From positions 12,464-76,463 of the forward strand of contig JAKAVY010000002.1 of assembly GCA_021827405.1 (NCBI GenBank): DNA of 64,000 nt. Reading direction: 5' to 3'. The notes below the pieces were generated by a model, which ran no database searches, was not told the origin of the DNA, and saw only the letters and a program-made list of their open reading frames with translations. Positions 54,503-64,000 of this stretch are shown in pieces; within the stretch, counting starts at the first letter, position 1; each line of letters starts with the position of its first letter. Made by a program: the position numbers and the translations under genes. This stretch comes from Thermoplasmata archaeon. Its GTDB lineage: Archaea > Thermoplasmatota > Thermoplasmata > Lutacidiplasmatales > UBA184.

Positions 54503-55654
54503 GTGTTCTCCTCCCGCGCGCGCGAACTGGAGATCTCCGGGATCCGCCGGATGTTCGAGGCGGCCCCTCCCGGGACGATCAACCTGGGGCTGGGGGAACC
54601 GGACTTCTCCCCCCCGAAGGCGGTCCAAGAGGCGCTCTTCGACGCGGTCCGCAAGGGCTACAACAAGTACGGCCCCTCGGCGGGCATCCTCCCGCTTCGG
54701 GACGCGCTGGCCCAACGCTATCGGCGCTGGGACGGCCGGACGGCCCGCGAGAGCGTGGTGGTCACCGAAGGGGGGACCGAGGCCCTCGCCGCTTGCGCTC
54801 TGACCCTCTATGAGGTGGGCGATGAGGTCCTGGTCCCGAACCCCGGGTTCGTCCTCTACGCCCCGCATGCCCGGATGGCGGGGGCCGTCCCCGTCCCCTA
54901 TCCCCTCGATGAGGCCAAGGGCTACCAGCCGGACCTGGACGTCCTGGAGTCCCGCATCACTCCCCGGACGCGGGCCCTGGTGGTGAACTCCCCCTCCAAC
55001 CCCACGGGCTCGGTCTACTCCCCAAGGGTGGTGGACCGCCTGGTGGACCTGGCCAGGGACCACGACCTGACCATCGTCTCCGACGAGGTCTACGACGAGA
55101 TCCTCTACGTCCCCCAGGGGCACCGGAGCTTCTGGGGCCGGTACGAGCATGTGGTGGTGGTCAACTCGTTCTCCAAGCTCTTCGCCATGACCGGATGGCG
55201 CCTCGGCTACCTGGTGGCCCCTCCCGCGGTGGCCCAGCAGGTGAACAAGGTCCACTACCATCTGGTGGCCTGCCCCTCCACTCCCGTACAGATGGCGGCC
55301 CTGGCGGGGCTTTCCGCCCCTCCGCGGGAGACCGCGGAGATGGTCCGCGAGTTCCGGGCGCGCCGGGACCTCTTCCTGAGGGGCCTCAAGGAGGTCCGGG
55401 GCCTACGGTGCGTGACCCCGGAAGGGGCGTTCTATGCCTTTCCCCGTATCGACTGGGGGATGACCCCCTTGGAGGCGGCCCAGGCGCTCCTCCAGCGGGG
55501 GCTGCTCTGCACCCCGGGGGACTCGTTCGGCTCCCTGGGGGAAGGGCACCTGCGGATGTCCTTCGCCACCTCACAGGAGAACCTCCGCCGGGCGCTACGT
55601 ATCCTGGAGGAGTTCGGGGAGGAGCGGGCCTCCCGGGGCCGGGACAGGCCGTGA
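54503..55654 (+). CDS. Class I/II PLP-dependent aminotransferase
   Basis: LGLGEPDF, SFSKLFAMTGWRLGY (PLP-Lys), and the C-terminal fold. Confidence 0.8.
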   Translation: MFSSRARELEISGIRRMFEAAPPGTINLGLGEPDFSPPKAVQEALFDAVRKGYNKYGPSAGILPLRDALAQRYRRWDGRTARESVVVTEGGTEALAACALTLYEVGDEVLVPNPGFVLYAPHARMAGAVPVPYPLDEAKGYQPDLDVLESRITPRTRALVVNSPSNPTGSVYSPRVVDRLVDLARDHDLTIVSDEVYDEILYVPQGHRSFWGRYEHVVVVNSFSKLFAMTGWRLGYLVAPPAVAQQVNKVHYHLVACPSTPVQMAALAGLSAPPRETAEMVREFRARRDLFLRGLKEVRGLRCVTPEGAFYAFPRIDWGMTPLEAAQALLQRGLLCTPGDSFGSLGEGHLRMSFATSQENLRRALRILEEFGEERASRGRDRP

Positions 55655-55781
55655 GGCACCGGCTCGCCTCTCTTCTACTGCGAGCCGTCGCGCCCTTTCA
55701 GCGGGACCCCGAGAGCCGGGAAGGGCTCCTTGCCCTTGCCCGTGAGGTCCGGGAGCTCTCCTCCCGGGTGCCTCGCCGGGT

Positions 55782-56930
55782 TCAAAGGGAGCGATAGAGG
55801 GTCTGGAAGGCCTCGCCGGTGCGCTCCCAACGGAAGGCCTGGACCCGCTCGCGTCCGCGGTCCGAGAGGTCCCGCCTCCGCCGGGGGTCTCCCAAGAGAC
55901 TGGCAAGGGCGGAGGCCAGGGCCTCGGCGTCCGAGTACGGGACCAGAAGGGCGTCGTCCCCCACCGCCTCCGGCACCCCCCCGACCCGGGTGGCCACGAT
56001 GGGGAGCCCCGCCGCCATGGCCTCGAGGAGGACCAGTCCGAACGCCTCGTATTCCGAGGGGAGGACGAAGGCCTCGGCGCCGGCGAAGGTCGCCCGGTAG
56101 TCTTCCGGGTCCGGTCGTTCTCCCAGGAAGATCACCTCCTTCTCCAGACCGCGTCTTTGGGCCTCCTCCCGGAGCGCGGGTCCCATCCCCCAGTCCCTCC
56201 CCATCAGCACGAGCGGGACGCGTCGGGAGGGGGGGACCCGGGAGAAGGCCTCCAGCAGGAACGGAAGGCCCTTGTTCCGGGCCAGGCGGCCGCTGAACAG
56301 GAGATAGCGCGAGGGGAGCCCGGTCCGTTTCCTGGCGGCCTCGGGCGAAGGGAGGCGCCCCCAGGGGCCGAGGTCGAGCCCGGGGGGGATGACCCGGATC
56401 TTGCTGCCCGGGGCGAACTCGGAGACCTGCCGGGCCTCGAACGCGCTCTCCACCACCAAGGCGGCGGCCGCCCGGTAGGCGGTCATCCCGAAGAGATGGT
56501 CCTGCACCCGGAGCAAGCCCCGCTTGAGGGGCGGCTCCGCCCGGTCGGCGGGATGGTAGTGCGTGGAGACGACCAGGGGGACTTCCTGGGACTCCGCCAC
56601 GGCGGCGGCCTGGATCACATGGCCGTAGCGGTGGGAATGCGCATGGATAAGGTCCGGGGCATCCTGTCGGAGCCGGTCCATCAGGCCGGGAAGTAGGGGA
56701 AGGGTGAGCCCCGGGATGAGGCGCCGGTAGACGGGGAAGCGTTCCACCGGGACCCCGTCGACCTCGGTGGATGGGTCCTTACGGCGGACCCATCGCCCCT
56801 CGTCATACAGGTCGCTCGCATAGATACGGACCGTCTCCCCCCGGGCCACGAGGACCCGGGTGAGCTCGCGGACCATGGTCTCCACCCCTCCGGGCGCGTC
56901 GTAGCGCAGGAGCACCTGGGCGATCCTCAC
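55782..56930 (-). CDS. GT4-family glycosyltransferase
   Basis: EYEAFGLVLLEAMAAGLPIVATRVGG (GT4 E-x7-E region). GTG start overlapping the upstream stop (GTGA at 56927-56930). The N-terminal 400 codons of the 780-aa track ORF were rejected. Confidence 0.8.
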   Translation of the reverse strand: MRIAQVLLRYDAPGGVETMVRELTRVLVARGETVRIYASDLYDEGRWVRRKDPSTEVDGVPVERFPVYRRLIPGLTLPLLPGLMDRLRQDAPDLIHAHSHRYGHVIQAAAVAESQEVPLVVSTHYHPADRAEPPLKRGLLRVQDHLFGMTAYRAAAALVVESAFEARQVSEFAPGSKIRVIPPGLDLGPWGRLPSPEAARKRTGLPSRYLLFSGRLARNKGLPFLLEAFSRVPPSRRVPLVLMGRDWGMGPALREEAQRRGLEKEVIFLGERPDPEDYRATFAGAEAFVLPSEYEAFGLVLLEAMAAGLPIVATRVGGVPEAVGDDALLVPYSDAEALASALASLLGDPRRRRDLSDRGRERVQAFRWERTGEAFQTLYRSL

Positions 56931-58159
56931 CGGGACCCCTTCCCCTCCGCGAGGACCTGGCGGTAGACCTCCTCCAGCCCATCGGCCACCCGGTCCCACG
57001 TGAACCGGGGCACGGTTTGGGTCCGGCCCAGATCCCCCATCGCCCGGGCCCGGGCCGGATCCGAGAGGAGGTCCTGGAGCGCCTGGGCGAGGGCAGAGGC
57101 ATCCCCGGGTGGGACCAGGAGGCCGTTTCGTCCATCCTCCACGATCCCCGGGATCCCCCCGACCCGGCTCGCCACGACCGGGGTGCCTTGGGCCAGGGCT
57201 TCCAACAGGACCAGGCCGAAGGCCTCGTACTCCGACGGGAGCACGAGGGCCGTGGCCTCCGCGTACGCCGAGGCCAACAGGGATTCCTCCGGGACGAACC
57301 CCACCCAACGGGCCCGGCTCTCGAGACCACGGCCTCGGAGGGCCTCTTGGAGCGCCGCCGCGTCCCCTCCGTCCTCTCCTACGAGGACGAGGGAGAGGTC
57401 CGGGTGGTCTTCCGTGATCCGGGAGAAGGCCTCGACCAGGGTCTTGAGGCCCTTGTTGGAGGCGAGGCGTCCGACGAAGAGCAGGAAGGGCCCGGGGACC
57501 CCGTAGCGCGCCCGGAACCCCCCGCTCCCCTGGGGGGGAGGAGGCAGCGGGCTGTAGCCGGGGGGGATCTCGACCACGTGATCGGGCTCGACCACCTCCC
57601 GCAGCAGGCGGCCTTCCTCGGGGGTCTGTACCACGACCCGGGAGGCGGAGCGGACCACGGGACCGGCGAGGTAGCGGTCGTAGAGGCGGCGCAGGCTCTT
57701 TCGCCGTTCTCCCCCCCAGATGGACCAGGTGGGGTGGAAATGCGCGGTGAGGACCCAGGGGGTCCGGTTCAGCCGGCGGGAGGCCAGGGCCGAGAAGCCC
57801 TGGTAGGTGCCGTAGGTGTGCACATGGAGGAGGTCCGGGTGTTCTCGGCGAAGCCTGGAGTAGAGGCCGGGGAGGAACGGGTAATGCAACTCCCCCGGTA
57901 AGCTCCAGGCGCGGTGGCGGAGGACGGGCACCCCCTCCTCCAGGGCCCAGGCATCCCGGGGGCCCGGGGGGAGCCGGACCCAGGGGATCTCGGTGTAGAG
58001 GTCGCTGGTGACGACCCGGGCGTCGAACCCTCGCGCCCGTTGCCGACGGACCAGCTCCCTCACATGGCGTTCCACGCCGCCGGGACCCGGGGGGTAGCGG
58101 GTGGTCAGGTGGAGCACCCGACATTCCCGTCCCGGGACCCCCTGCCCCGGTGCGGTCAA
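56927..58159 (-). CDS. GT4-family glycosyltransferase
   Basis: EYEAFGLVLLEALAQGTPVVASRVGG. GT-B fold with N-terminal HLTTRYPPGPGGVE. Confidence 0.8.
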   Translation of the reverse strand: MTAPGQGVPGRECRVLHLTTRYPPGPGGVERHVRELVRRQRARGFDARVVTSDLYTEIPWVRLPPGPRDAWALEEGVPVLRHRAWSLPGELHYPFLPGLYSRLRREHPDLLHVHTYGTYQGFSALASRRLNRTPWVLTAHFHPTWSIWGGERRKSLRRLYDRYLAGPVVRSASRVVVQTPEEGRLLREVVEPDHVVEIPPGYSPLPPPPQGSGGFRARYGVPGPFLLFVGRLASNKGLKTLVEAFSRITEDHPDLSLVLVGEDGGDAAALQEALRGRGLESRARWVGFVPEESLLASAYAEATALVLPSEYEAFGLVLLEALAQGTPVVASRVGGIPGIVEDGRNGLLVPPGDASALAQALQDLLSDPARARAMGDLGRTQTVPRFTWDRVADGLEEVYRQVLAEGKGSR

Positions 58160-58193
58160 GACCCCTCCGCTGCGGGACGGGCGGGACGCGCCT

Positions 58194-59270
58194 TCAGGAC
58201 CCCCGGGGGGAGCTCATGCGCATGGCGAACTTCTTGTACGTCTCGCTGGCCCTCACCACCGCCTCCATCTTCACGTACTCGTTGGCCTGGTGGGAAAGGT
58301 CCTCGTCCCCGGCCCCGTAGATCACCACCCGGGGGTTCACGGTGATGTAGTGCACGGCCTCCGAGGCGTGGACCAGGACCGCGAGCTCGGAGCCAGCGAC
58401 CTCCTTGAAGACGCGGATGTGCTCGGCGTTGGGATCCATCTGCAAAGAGGGGAAGGTGACGAGCCGCCGCAGGGTGAACGGCGTCTTGATCCGGCGCAGA
58501 TGCTCGTCCACCTCCCGGTACAGCTCCTCGATGGTGTAGGGCGGGGGGAAGCGGATGTCGACCTCCGCCACCGCCCGGGAGGGGACCACGTTCACCCGGC
58601 TGCCCCCGCTCAAGGTCCCCACGTTGATGGTGACGCTCCCGAGCTCGGGGTGGGCCACCCGGCCCCGGAAGGTCTCCAGGGCGCGGAGGATCCGCATCAT
58701 CTTCACCAGCGCGTTCTCCCCGAGCTGGGGCATGGCCCCGTGGGCCGCGCGGCCCCGGGTCTCGATGGCCAGGTCCAGCACGCCCTTCTCCGCGTAGCCC
58801 ACCCTCAGGCCGGTGGGCTCGCCCACCACGATGGCCTTGGCGCGGCGCAGCGGAAGGGTCTTGGAGAGGGCCACGGCCCCGGCCATGGTGGTCTCCTCGT
58901 CCGTGGTCAAGGCGAGGACGACCGGGATCTTGCGTGCGACCAGGTCCTGGGCGGCCTGGAGCATGGCCACCACGGTCCCTTTCATGTCGGCGCTCCCGCG
59001 ACCATACATCCGACCCCCGGTGAACTGGCTCTGGGAGAAGCTCCAATTGTCCCCCACCGAAGGGGTGTCCAGGTGTCCGGCGAAGACCACCCCACCCTGT
59101 CCGTACTCGGCCAGGAGGGCCGGGACGTGGGAGTCCCCGTGCAGGGAGTTGCGCATCCGGGCCTGTTCGGTGAAGGACTGGACGTAGTCCAGGATCTCGT
59201 GCCTGTCCGAAGGGGGGTCCGAGGAGATCTTGATCAAGTCCGCCAGAGTGTCCACCATCTGGCGCTTCAA
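58194..59270 (-). CDS. M20-family metallopeptidase/deacylase (ArgE/DapE/LysK-like)
   Basis: GHLDTPSVGD, GRGSADMKG, and the Glu-rich TDEETT metal-site motifs. Confidence 0.75.
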   Translation of the reverse strand: MKRQMVDTLADLIKISSDPPSDRHEILDYVQSFTEQARMRNSLHGDSHVPALLAEYGQGGVVFAGHLDTPSVGDNWSFSQSQFTGGRMYGRGSADMKGTVVAMLQAAQDLVARKIPVVLALTTDEETTMAGAVALSKTLPLRRAKAIVVGEPTGLRVGYAEKGVLDLAIETRGRAAHGAMPQLGENALVKMMRILRALETFRGRVAHPELGSVTINVGTLSGGSRVNVVPSRAVAEVDIRFPPPYTIEELYREVDEHLRRIKTPFTLRRLVTFPSLQMDPNAEHIRVFKEVAGSELAVLVHASEAVHYITVNPRVVIYGAGDEDLSHQANEYVKMEAVVRASETYKKFAMRMSSPRGS

Positions 59271-59490
59271 CGAGAGATTCCCCCCTGGTTCCCGGGTCGC
59301 ACGGGCCCCACGGACCGGAGGGGGGGTAGGCCGGGGGGTCTCTTAACTCCTCGCGAACGGACGAGGGGGGAAGACGGCGTCGTTCAACGGCAATTGTCGT
59401 AGAGGGACCTGGCTGGGCTGCCGGACGGGCGCCCCGGCCCCCGCCGTGCGGGGTCCCGGACGAGAGGTCCGACCTCCGCGGAAGGGGCGC

Positions 59491-60297
59491 CTAGAGGTGC
59501 GGGGCGAGCTCCGGCCGCCCCTCGGGGCCGAAGAGGGTCTTCTGCCGGGGGGTGGGGAGGGCCGAGCGCTCCCGGAACAGGCTCCGGAGCTTCTCCCCGG
59601 GGCTCGCCGAGACGGGGCGCCCGTGCCCCGGGAGGAGAAGCCGCACCTCCAGGTGCGTTAATCGCTCGAGCGACGAGATGGACCGATCCAGGTCGAAGGT
59701 GCTGCTCCGGGAGGGGAGGGTCAGCCGGCCCCCGGGGGCCACCACGGCATCCCCTGTGAAGAGGAACTTGCGCCCGGCATGGTAGAACGCCACGCTCCCG
59801 GGTGTGTGACCCGGCACGTGGAGGGCGGTGAAAGGGCCGAGGGTCTCCCCATCCTTCAACGGACGGTCGACCGAGACCGGGGGGCGTCGGACCAGCAGCC
59901 GGACCCAGAGAGGCGCGGTCCGGGGCCCCTGACCCTCGATCGCGGCCTGCTCGGAGACGTGGCAGGCGACCTTGGTCCCCCAGGCCCAACGGAGGTAGGC
60001 GGCGCCCCCCATGTGATCCGGGTGCTGGTGGGTGAGAAGGGAATAGCTCAGGTCGCGGGGGGTGAGCCCCACCCTTCCCAAGGCGGAGACGATGGGGTCC
60101 GCCCGCTCCGGGTAGCCCGCGTCGATCAGGTAGAGGGAAGAGCCCTCCCGTAAAACGAAGGAGTTGGCGATGGGTCCCTTGATCCAGCCCAAACCGCGGG
60201 CGAGGGGAAGGCCGGGAATGGTTCGGTCGGGTTCCGGGTCCACGGGGTCCGGGAGAGGGAGAGGGTCATAACCTTGCGGGAGACCCCCCTCCGGCAC
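59491..60297 (-). CDS. Metallo-beta-lactamase-fold hydrolase
   Basis: LTHQHPDHMGG (HxHxDH) and HVPGHTPGS. Confidence 0.75.
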   Translation of the reverse strand: MPEGGLPQGYDPLPLPDPVDPEPDRTIPGLPLARGLGWIKGPIANSFVLREGSSLYLIDAGYPERADPIVSALGRVGLTPRDLSYSLLTHQHPDHMGGAAYLRWAWGTKVACHVSEQAAIEGQGPRTAPLWVRLLVRRPPVSVDRPLKDGETLGPFTALHVPGHTPGSVAFYHAGRKFLFTGDAVVAPGGRLTLPSRSSTFDLDRSISSLERLTHLEVRLLLPGHGRPVSASPGEKLRSLFRERSALPTPRQKTLFGPEGRPELAPHL

Positions 60298-60371
60298 CCC
60301 CCTTCCCGGGGGTTCCCCCGGGGGGGGCCTGGACCTACCTTTATAGCCTGACCCCGCGAATCTTAGCCTTC

Positions 60372-62924
60372 GTGAACGCCCGCACGCTTGCCCTCGCGGC
60401 CCTGGTCGCTGGTCTGGCCCTTTCGTCGATCCTCCCGGGAGCCTTCGCCCAGGCCGCTCCCGGGAGTGCCCCGTCGCCCTTGACGACGGCCCGGAGCGCC
60501 GCCGCCTGCAACGTGAGCCCGAACCCGACCCTTCAGGTGTACTCCGGCCTGGACGCCGGTGGGGGGTTCGTGTCCCACTGCACGTTCAACCCAGGTGCCT
60601 GGACGGGGGAGAACGCGGTCTACTTCGAGATCTTCGACGGGGCGAAGGACCGCCAGGCGAACGTCACCCTGTTGGACCCTAATGCCACGGCCGACGGGTT
60701 GACCAACCCCGTGGCGCGCGCGACGGTGCCCCTGAGCCCCGCGGGGCCGGTGACGACCTTCGATAGCACCCAGAGCCTGCCGCCCCTCGGGCTGGCCATC
60801 CCGGCCTCGGTCCCCCAGTCCGGGACCTGGTGGCTCAACGTGACCACCGGGCCGGGCGCGAACCATACCACGCAGGTGCCCATCTCGGTGGACACGTTCT
60901 ACGTGGACCTGCAGGTCTCCGTCCCGGCCCCCCTGCCGGGAGCCACCGTGAGCGCGAACTTCCAGGTCCTCTCCTATGCCAGCGGGGGACCGGTCTCGCC
61001 GGCTCCCGCCCTGCGTCTCAAGGGCTGTGCCTACGAGAACGGGAACGCCACCTGCCAGCCGCTGCAGGACCTTCCCGTCCTCTCGGCGGAGAGCCAGGGG
61101 GCGTTCTCCTTCCTCCTGCCGGTGAACGCCACCAACTTCACCTCCCCCCGGATCACGCTCACGGCGAACCTGACCGCGGCGGGCCGGAGCTTCAGCGCGA
61201 CGGGCAGCGCTTCCTTCACCGTGCTCGCCCTAGACCCGCCGATCCTCTGTGCCTCGGACTCCCTGACCTATCTTCCGCTCACCTTCCCCGGATACTGTTA
61301 CCAACCGACGAGCACTTACACCGTGGGACAGCCGGTCTTCTTCGGGGTGCTGGCCGCGCTGGGGGACCCCTCGCTGGGGTACGTGGACACCCCCCTGGCC
61401 GGGGCCCCGGTGGACTTGAGCTACTCCCTGAACGGGCAACCGGTCGCCTCTCCGGCGCTTCCCCAGAACCTCACCACGGACTCCTCCGGGGCCGGGCTCC
61501 TGGTCCTTCCCACCGGCGGCCTCTCTCCCGGGGTGTTCTCCCTCCATGTGGAGGTCCAGACGCCCGGGGCCCCGGTCTTCAGCCAGAGCCGGGTCCTCAA
61601 CGTGACCCTGGTCTCCCCGATCGCCCCCGTCTCCCTGGTCCTCACCTTCAACCAGACGGTCTACGCTCCGGGGAGCACGGTCACCGGCCGGTTCTCCATC
61701 GTCAACGAGACCACAGGAGGGGCGCCGCCAGCCGGCTGGACCGCGTTCTACTACCAGGTCTACAGCTTTCCGAGCACGTCGTACTGCTCCGGGACCCCGC
61801 TCGTGGTATTGAGCGCGGGGAACCTCACCGGGGCTTCCGGGGCCCTCCCCCCCGTGTCTCTGGCCCCGTCGCTCCGGGGGAGCCTCTTGGTCCTGGTGGA
61901 GGCCCATAATGGGACCTTCCTGGCGCCCCCCGGGGCGGAGAGCTCCAGTTGTCTAGTGGTGCGTGCCCCGGGGATCAACCTTCTGGTGAGCGATGCCTCC
62001 TACGGGCCAGGCTCCACCGTCCAAGTGGTCCTTGCCCCGGTAGGCAGCCCCTTCTCCGGGGATACCTACCAGATCACGGTGGAGGCCTCGCCCGGGTCCG
62101 CTCCCGCTCCTCTCCCGGTGATCTACCAGGCGAACTCCACGACCCCCTGGTTCAGCTTTGTCATCCCCCGGGCGGGCACCGCGTCGAGCTACCAGATCAA
62201 CGCCGTGGTCCTAGGCCCCGGCCGGACGGTCCTGGCAGTCTCCTCCACCACGATCTACGAGTACGTGGGGATCAACCTGGTCCTGGGCGTCACCACCCTT
62301 TCCCACTACAGCGACGGTTCGTTCCAACCGGGAGAGACGATCACGGTGAGCTACCAGCTGGTGTCCGAGGGTGGGTACGTCCTGCAGGGGCCCTACCTGT
62401 TGGAGTATGGCTTCTACGACCAGGTGAACTACCAATCCGCCGTCGTCTCGGCGCCCTCGGGGACCTTTAGCGTGACGATCCCGGGGAGCGCCGGCAACGG
62501 GCTCTTGTTCTTGCAGGTCTACGGGTCGGGGCCGGCGCTGGTGGGCAGCGCGAGCTTCTCGGCGACTTCCGGGGTACTGGTGAACGGGCAGCCCTCCAGC
62601 CTCGCCTACGAGATCGTCCCCGGCAGCGGGTTCACCGCCGGACTGCTCTTGCTCCTCGTGCTCCTGGTGGTGGTGGGCCTCATGGCCTACGTACTTTACC
62701 GCCGGGCCACCTACGGCCGGCGACGGGGAGGCGGGGGGCACTTCGAGACGGAGCATGGACCGAAAGGAGAGGTGCTCCCGCCGGCGCCCTCCTCCGGGGG
62801 GGCCCCTCGGGACCCCTCCCCGGTCCAGGGCCCGGCCCCTGCGCCCGGCCCTTCCGCGCCCGAGGACTCCCCGGTGGAACCCCCGGTCTCCGCGAGCCCC
62901 TCCCCGCAGGACTATGTAGAGTGA
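60372..62924 (+). CDS. Large secreted surface (S-layer-like) glycoprotein with C-terminal TM anchor
   Basis: Signal peptide MNARTLALAALVAGLALSSILPGAFAQA. More than 25 N-x-S/T sequons (NVS, NAT, NHT, NGT, NFT, NLT...). C-terminal LLLLLVLLVVVGLMAYVLYRR followed by a Pro/Ser-rich cytoplasmic tail. Confidence 0.7.
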   Translation: MNARTLALAALVAGLALSSILPGAFAQAAPGSAPSPLTTARSAAACNVSPNPTLQVYSGLDAGGGFVSHCTFNPGAWTGENAVYFEIFDGAKDRQANVTLLDPNATADGLTNPVARATVPLSPAGPVTTFDSTQSLPPLGLAIPASVPQSGTWWLNVTTGPGANHTTQVPISVDTFYVDLQVSVPAPLPGATVSANFQVLSYASGGPVSPAPALRLKGCAYENGNATCQPLQDLPVLSAESQGAFSFLLPVNATNFTSPRITLTANLTAAGRSFSATGSASFTVLALDPPILCASDSLTYLPLTFPGYCYQPTSTYTVGQPVFFGVLAALGDPSLGYVDTPLAGAPVDLSYSLNGQPVASPALPQNLTTDSSGAGLLVLPTGGLSPGVFSLHVEVQTPGAPVFSQSRVLNVTLVSPIAPVSLVLTFNQTVYAPGSTVTGRFSIVNETTGGAPPAGWTAFYYQVYSFPSTSYCSGTPLVVLSAGNLTGASGALPPVSLAPSLRGSLLVLVEAHNGTFLAPPGAESSSCLVVRAPGINLLVSDASYGPGSTVQVVLAPVGSPFSGDTYQITVEASPGSAPAPLPVIYQANSTTPWFSFVIPRAGTASSYQINAVVLGPGRTVLAVSSTTIYEYVGINLVLGVTTLSHYSDGSFQPGETITVSYQLVSEGGYVLQGPYLLEYGFYDQVNYQSAVVSAPSGTFSVTIPGSAGNGLLFLQVYGSGPALVGSASFSATSGVLVNGQPSSLAYEIVPGSGFTAGLLLLLVLLVVVGLMAYVLYRRATYGRRRGGGGHFETEHGPKGEVLPPAPSSGGAPRDPSPVQGPAPAPGPSAPEDSPVEPPVSASPSPQDYVE

Positions 62925-62955
62925 CGCCTGGGGAGGTACCGGGGGACAGGGACCG

Positions 62956-64000
62956 GTGACCGTAACCGTCGTGGTGGGGGCCCAGTTCGGGGACGAGGCG
63001 AAGGGCAAGGTCGTCGACTATCTCTCCGGTGAAGCGGACTACGTGGTCCGCTATCAGGGGGGTCCCAACGCCGGCCACACCATCCGGCCCGCCGGCCGTA
63101 CGCTTGCGCTCCATCAATTGCCCGTGGGGATCGTCCGGGAGAACTGCACGGCCGTCTGTGGGGCGGGGATGGTCCTGGACCCGTTCGAGCTCGTCCGGGA
63201 GATGCGAGCCCTTCGGGACGAGGGGCTCTTTAGCGGGAAGCTCCTGATCAGCGATCGGGCGCATCTCATCCTGCCCTGGCATCGGCTCCAGGACGCCTGG
63301 GAAGAGGAGACCCGGGGGTCGGAAGCCGGGGGAACCACGGGTCGGGGGATCGGGCCGGCCTACATGGACCGCGCCGGCCGCTGGGGGATCCGGGTCGCCG
63401 AACTGTCCCGCCCGGAGATCCTTCGCAAGCGCCTCGCGTTGTTGCGCAAGACCAAGGGGTTCTTGGAGGGGCGGGAGGGCGTCCCGAGCCCCGAACAGGT
63501 GGAGGCGGACCTTCTCGCGGTGGCCCCGGAGATCCGGCCGTACGTGGTCTCCACCGAGCCGGTGCTCTGGACGGCGGTCCGGGAGGGGCGCCCAATCCTC
63601 TTGGAAGGGGCCCAGAGCGGGTTGCTGGACGTGGACTTCGGGACCTATCCGTTCGTGACCTCGTCCCACCCCACCACCGCCGGAGCGGCCCTCGGTAGCG
63701 GGATACCCCCCCGGGCCATCGATGAGGTCCTGGGGATCTCCAAGGCCTACGCCACCCGGGTCGGAGCGGGGCCGTTCCCCACCGAAGCCCGGGGGGCCGA
63801 CGGGGACCGGCTTAGAGAGCGCGGAGGGGAGCGTGGGGCCACCACCGGCCGTCCGCGCCGGTGCGGGTGGCTCGATCTGGTGCTCTTGCGGTATGTGGCC
63901 CGACTGAATGGCCTGACCGCTCTGGCCCTGACGAAAGTGGATGTACTGGGGGGAGAACCCCAGGTCCCGGTGGCGGTGGGATACCGGACGGTGGACGGGG
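62956..64000 (+). CDS. purA: Adenylosuccinate synthetase (3'-truncated by the window edge)
   Basis: VVVGAQFGDEAKGKVVDYL P-loop, GPNAGHT, TTGRGIGPAY, TKVDVL. GTG start. No stop before position 64000. Confidence 0.85.
   Translation, partial: MTVTVVVGAQFGDEAKGKVVDYLSGEADYVVRYQGGPNAGHTIRPAGRTLALHQLPVGIVRENCTAVCGAGMVLDPFELVREMRALRDEGLFSGKLLISDRAHLILPWHRLQDAWEEETRGSEAGGTTGRGIGPAYMDRAGRWGIRVAELSRPEILRKRLALLRKTKGFLEGREGVPSPEQVEADLLAVAPEIRPYVVSTEPVLWTAVREGRPILLEGAQSGLLDVDFGTYPFVTSSHPTTAGAALGSGIPPRAIDEVLGISKAYATRVGAGPFPTEARGADGDRLRERGGERGATTGRPRRCGWLDLVLLRYVARLNGLTALALTKVDVLGGEPQVPVAVGYRTVDG

Noticed and set aside
55782-58124. 780-aa minus-strand ORF
   Set aside because: Read-through. The GT4 domain occupies only the C-terminal ~383 codons (GTG start at 56930). 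The N-terminal 400 codons are a low-complexity frame over the second GT4 gene.
62680-63669. 329-aa minus-strand ORF
   Set aside because: Antisense of purA.

Overview
High-GC (about 68-70%) chromosomal fragment that is almost certainly archaeal. Evidence for Archaea: an initiator tRNA-Met with an A1:U72 pair and three G:C pairs in the anticodon stem, Nop5 (box C/D snoRNP protein), Dph2 diphthamide synthase, NAC alpha subunit, a PAC2-type proteasome assembly chaperone, and a SAMP/MoaD-like protein ending in GG. Also archaeal-type are two large surface-anchored proteins densely studded with N-x-S/T sequons, and a UDP-sulfoquinovose synthase/NDP-sugar pyrophosphorylase/GT4 glycosylation cluster. 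A class II HMG-CoA reductase and a catalytic-domain-only lipoate ligase hint weakly at a Thermoplasmatota-like lineage. The window is gene-dense, and many adjacent genes are translationally coupled through 4-nt ATGA/GTGA overlaps. The centrepiece is a six-gene complex-I/formate-hydrogenlyase-like (hyf/Ehr-type) membrane operon (3126-10803). Its 'large subunit' has lost the NiFe-ligating cysteines, its NuoB-like subunit is fused to a 2x[4Fe-4S] ferredoxin domain, and there is no formate dehydrogenase or maturation gene. This looks like an energy-converting hydrogenase-related (Ehr) complex of unknown substrate. Other notable items: Ni-superoxide dismutase plus its SodX maturation peptidase; arsR-arsM; an alkyltransferase-like (ATL, PWHRV) protein; an orphan amino-methyltransferase; a 2-TM pore-loop channel with a non-canonical filter; a bacterial-type QueA in a regulator-SDR-queA operon; a degraded IS630 transposase next to a low-GC island on the 3' side of the tRNAi-Met gene; housekeeping genes (gyrB, grpE, pdxT, tyrA, purA); and several small hypotheticals. 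No rRNA or CRISPR array was seen. Because of the GC content, the six-frame track has many long spurious antisense/alternative-frame ORFs; these were rejected.
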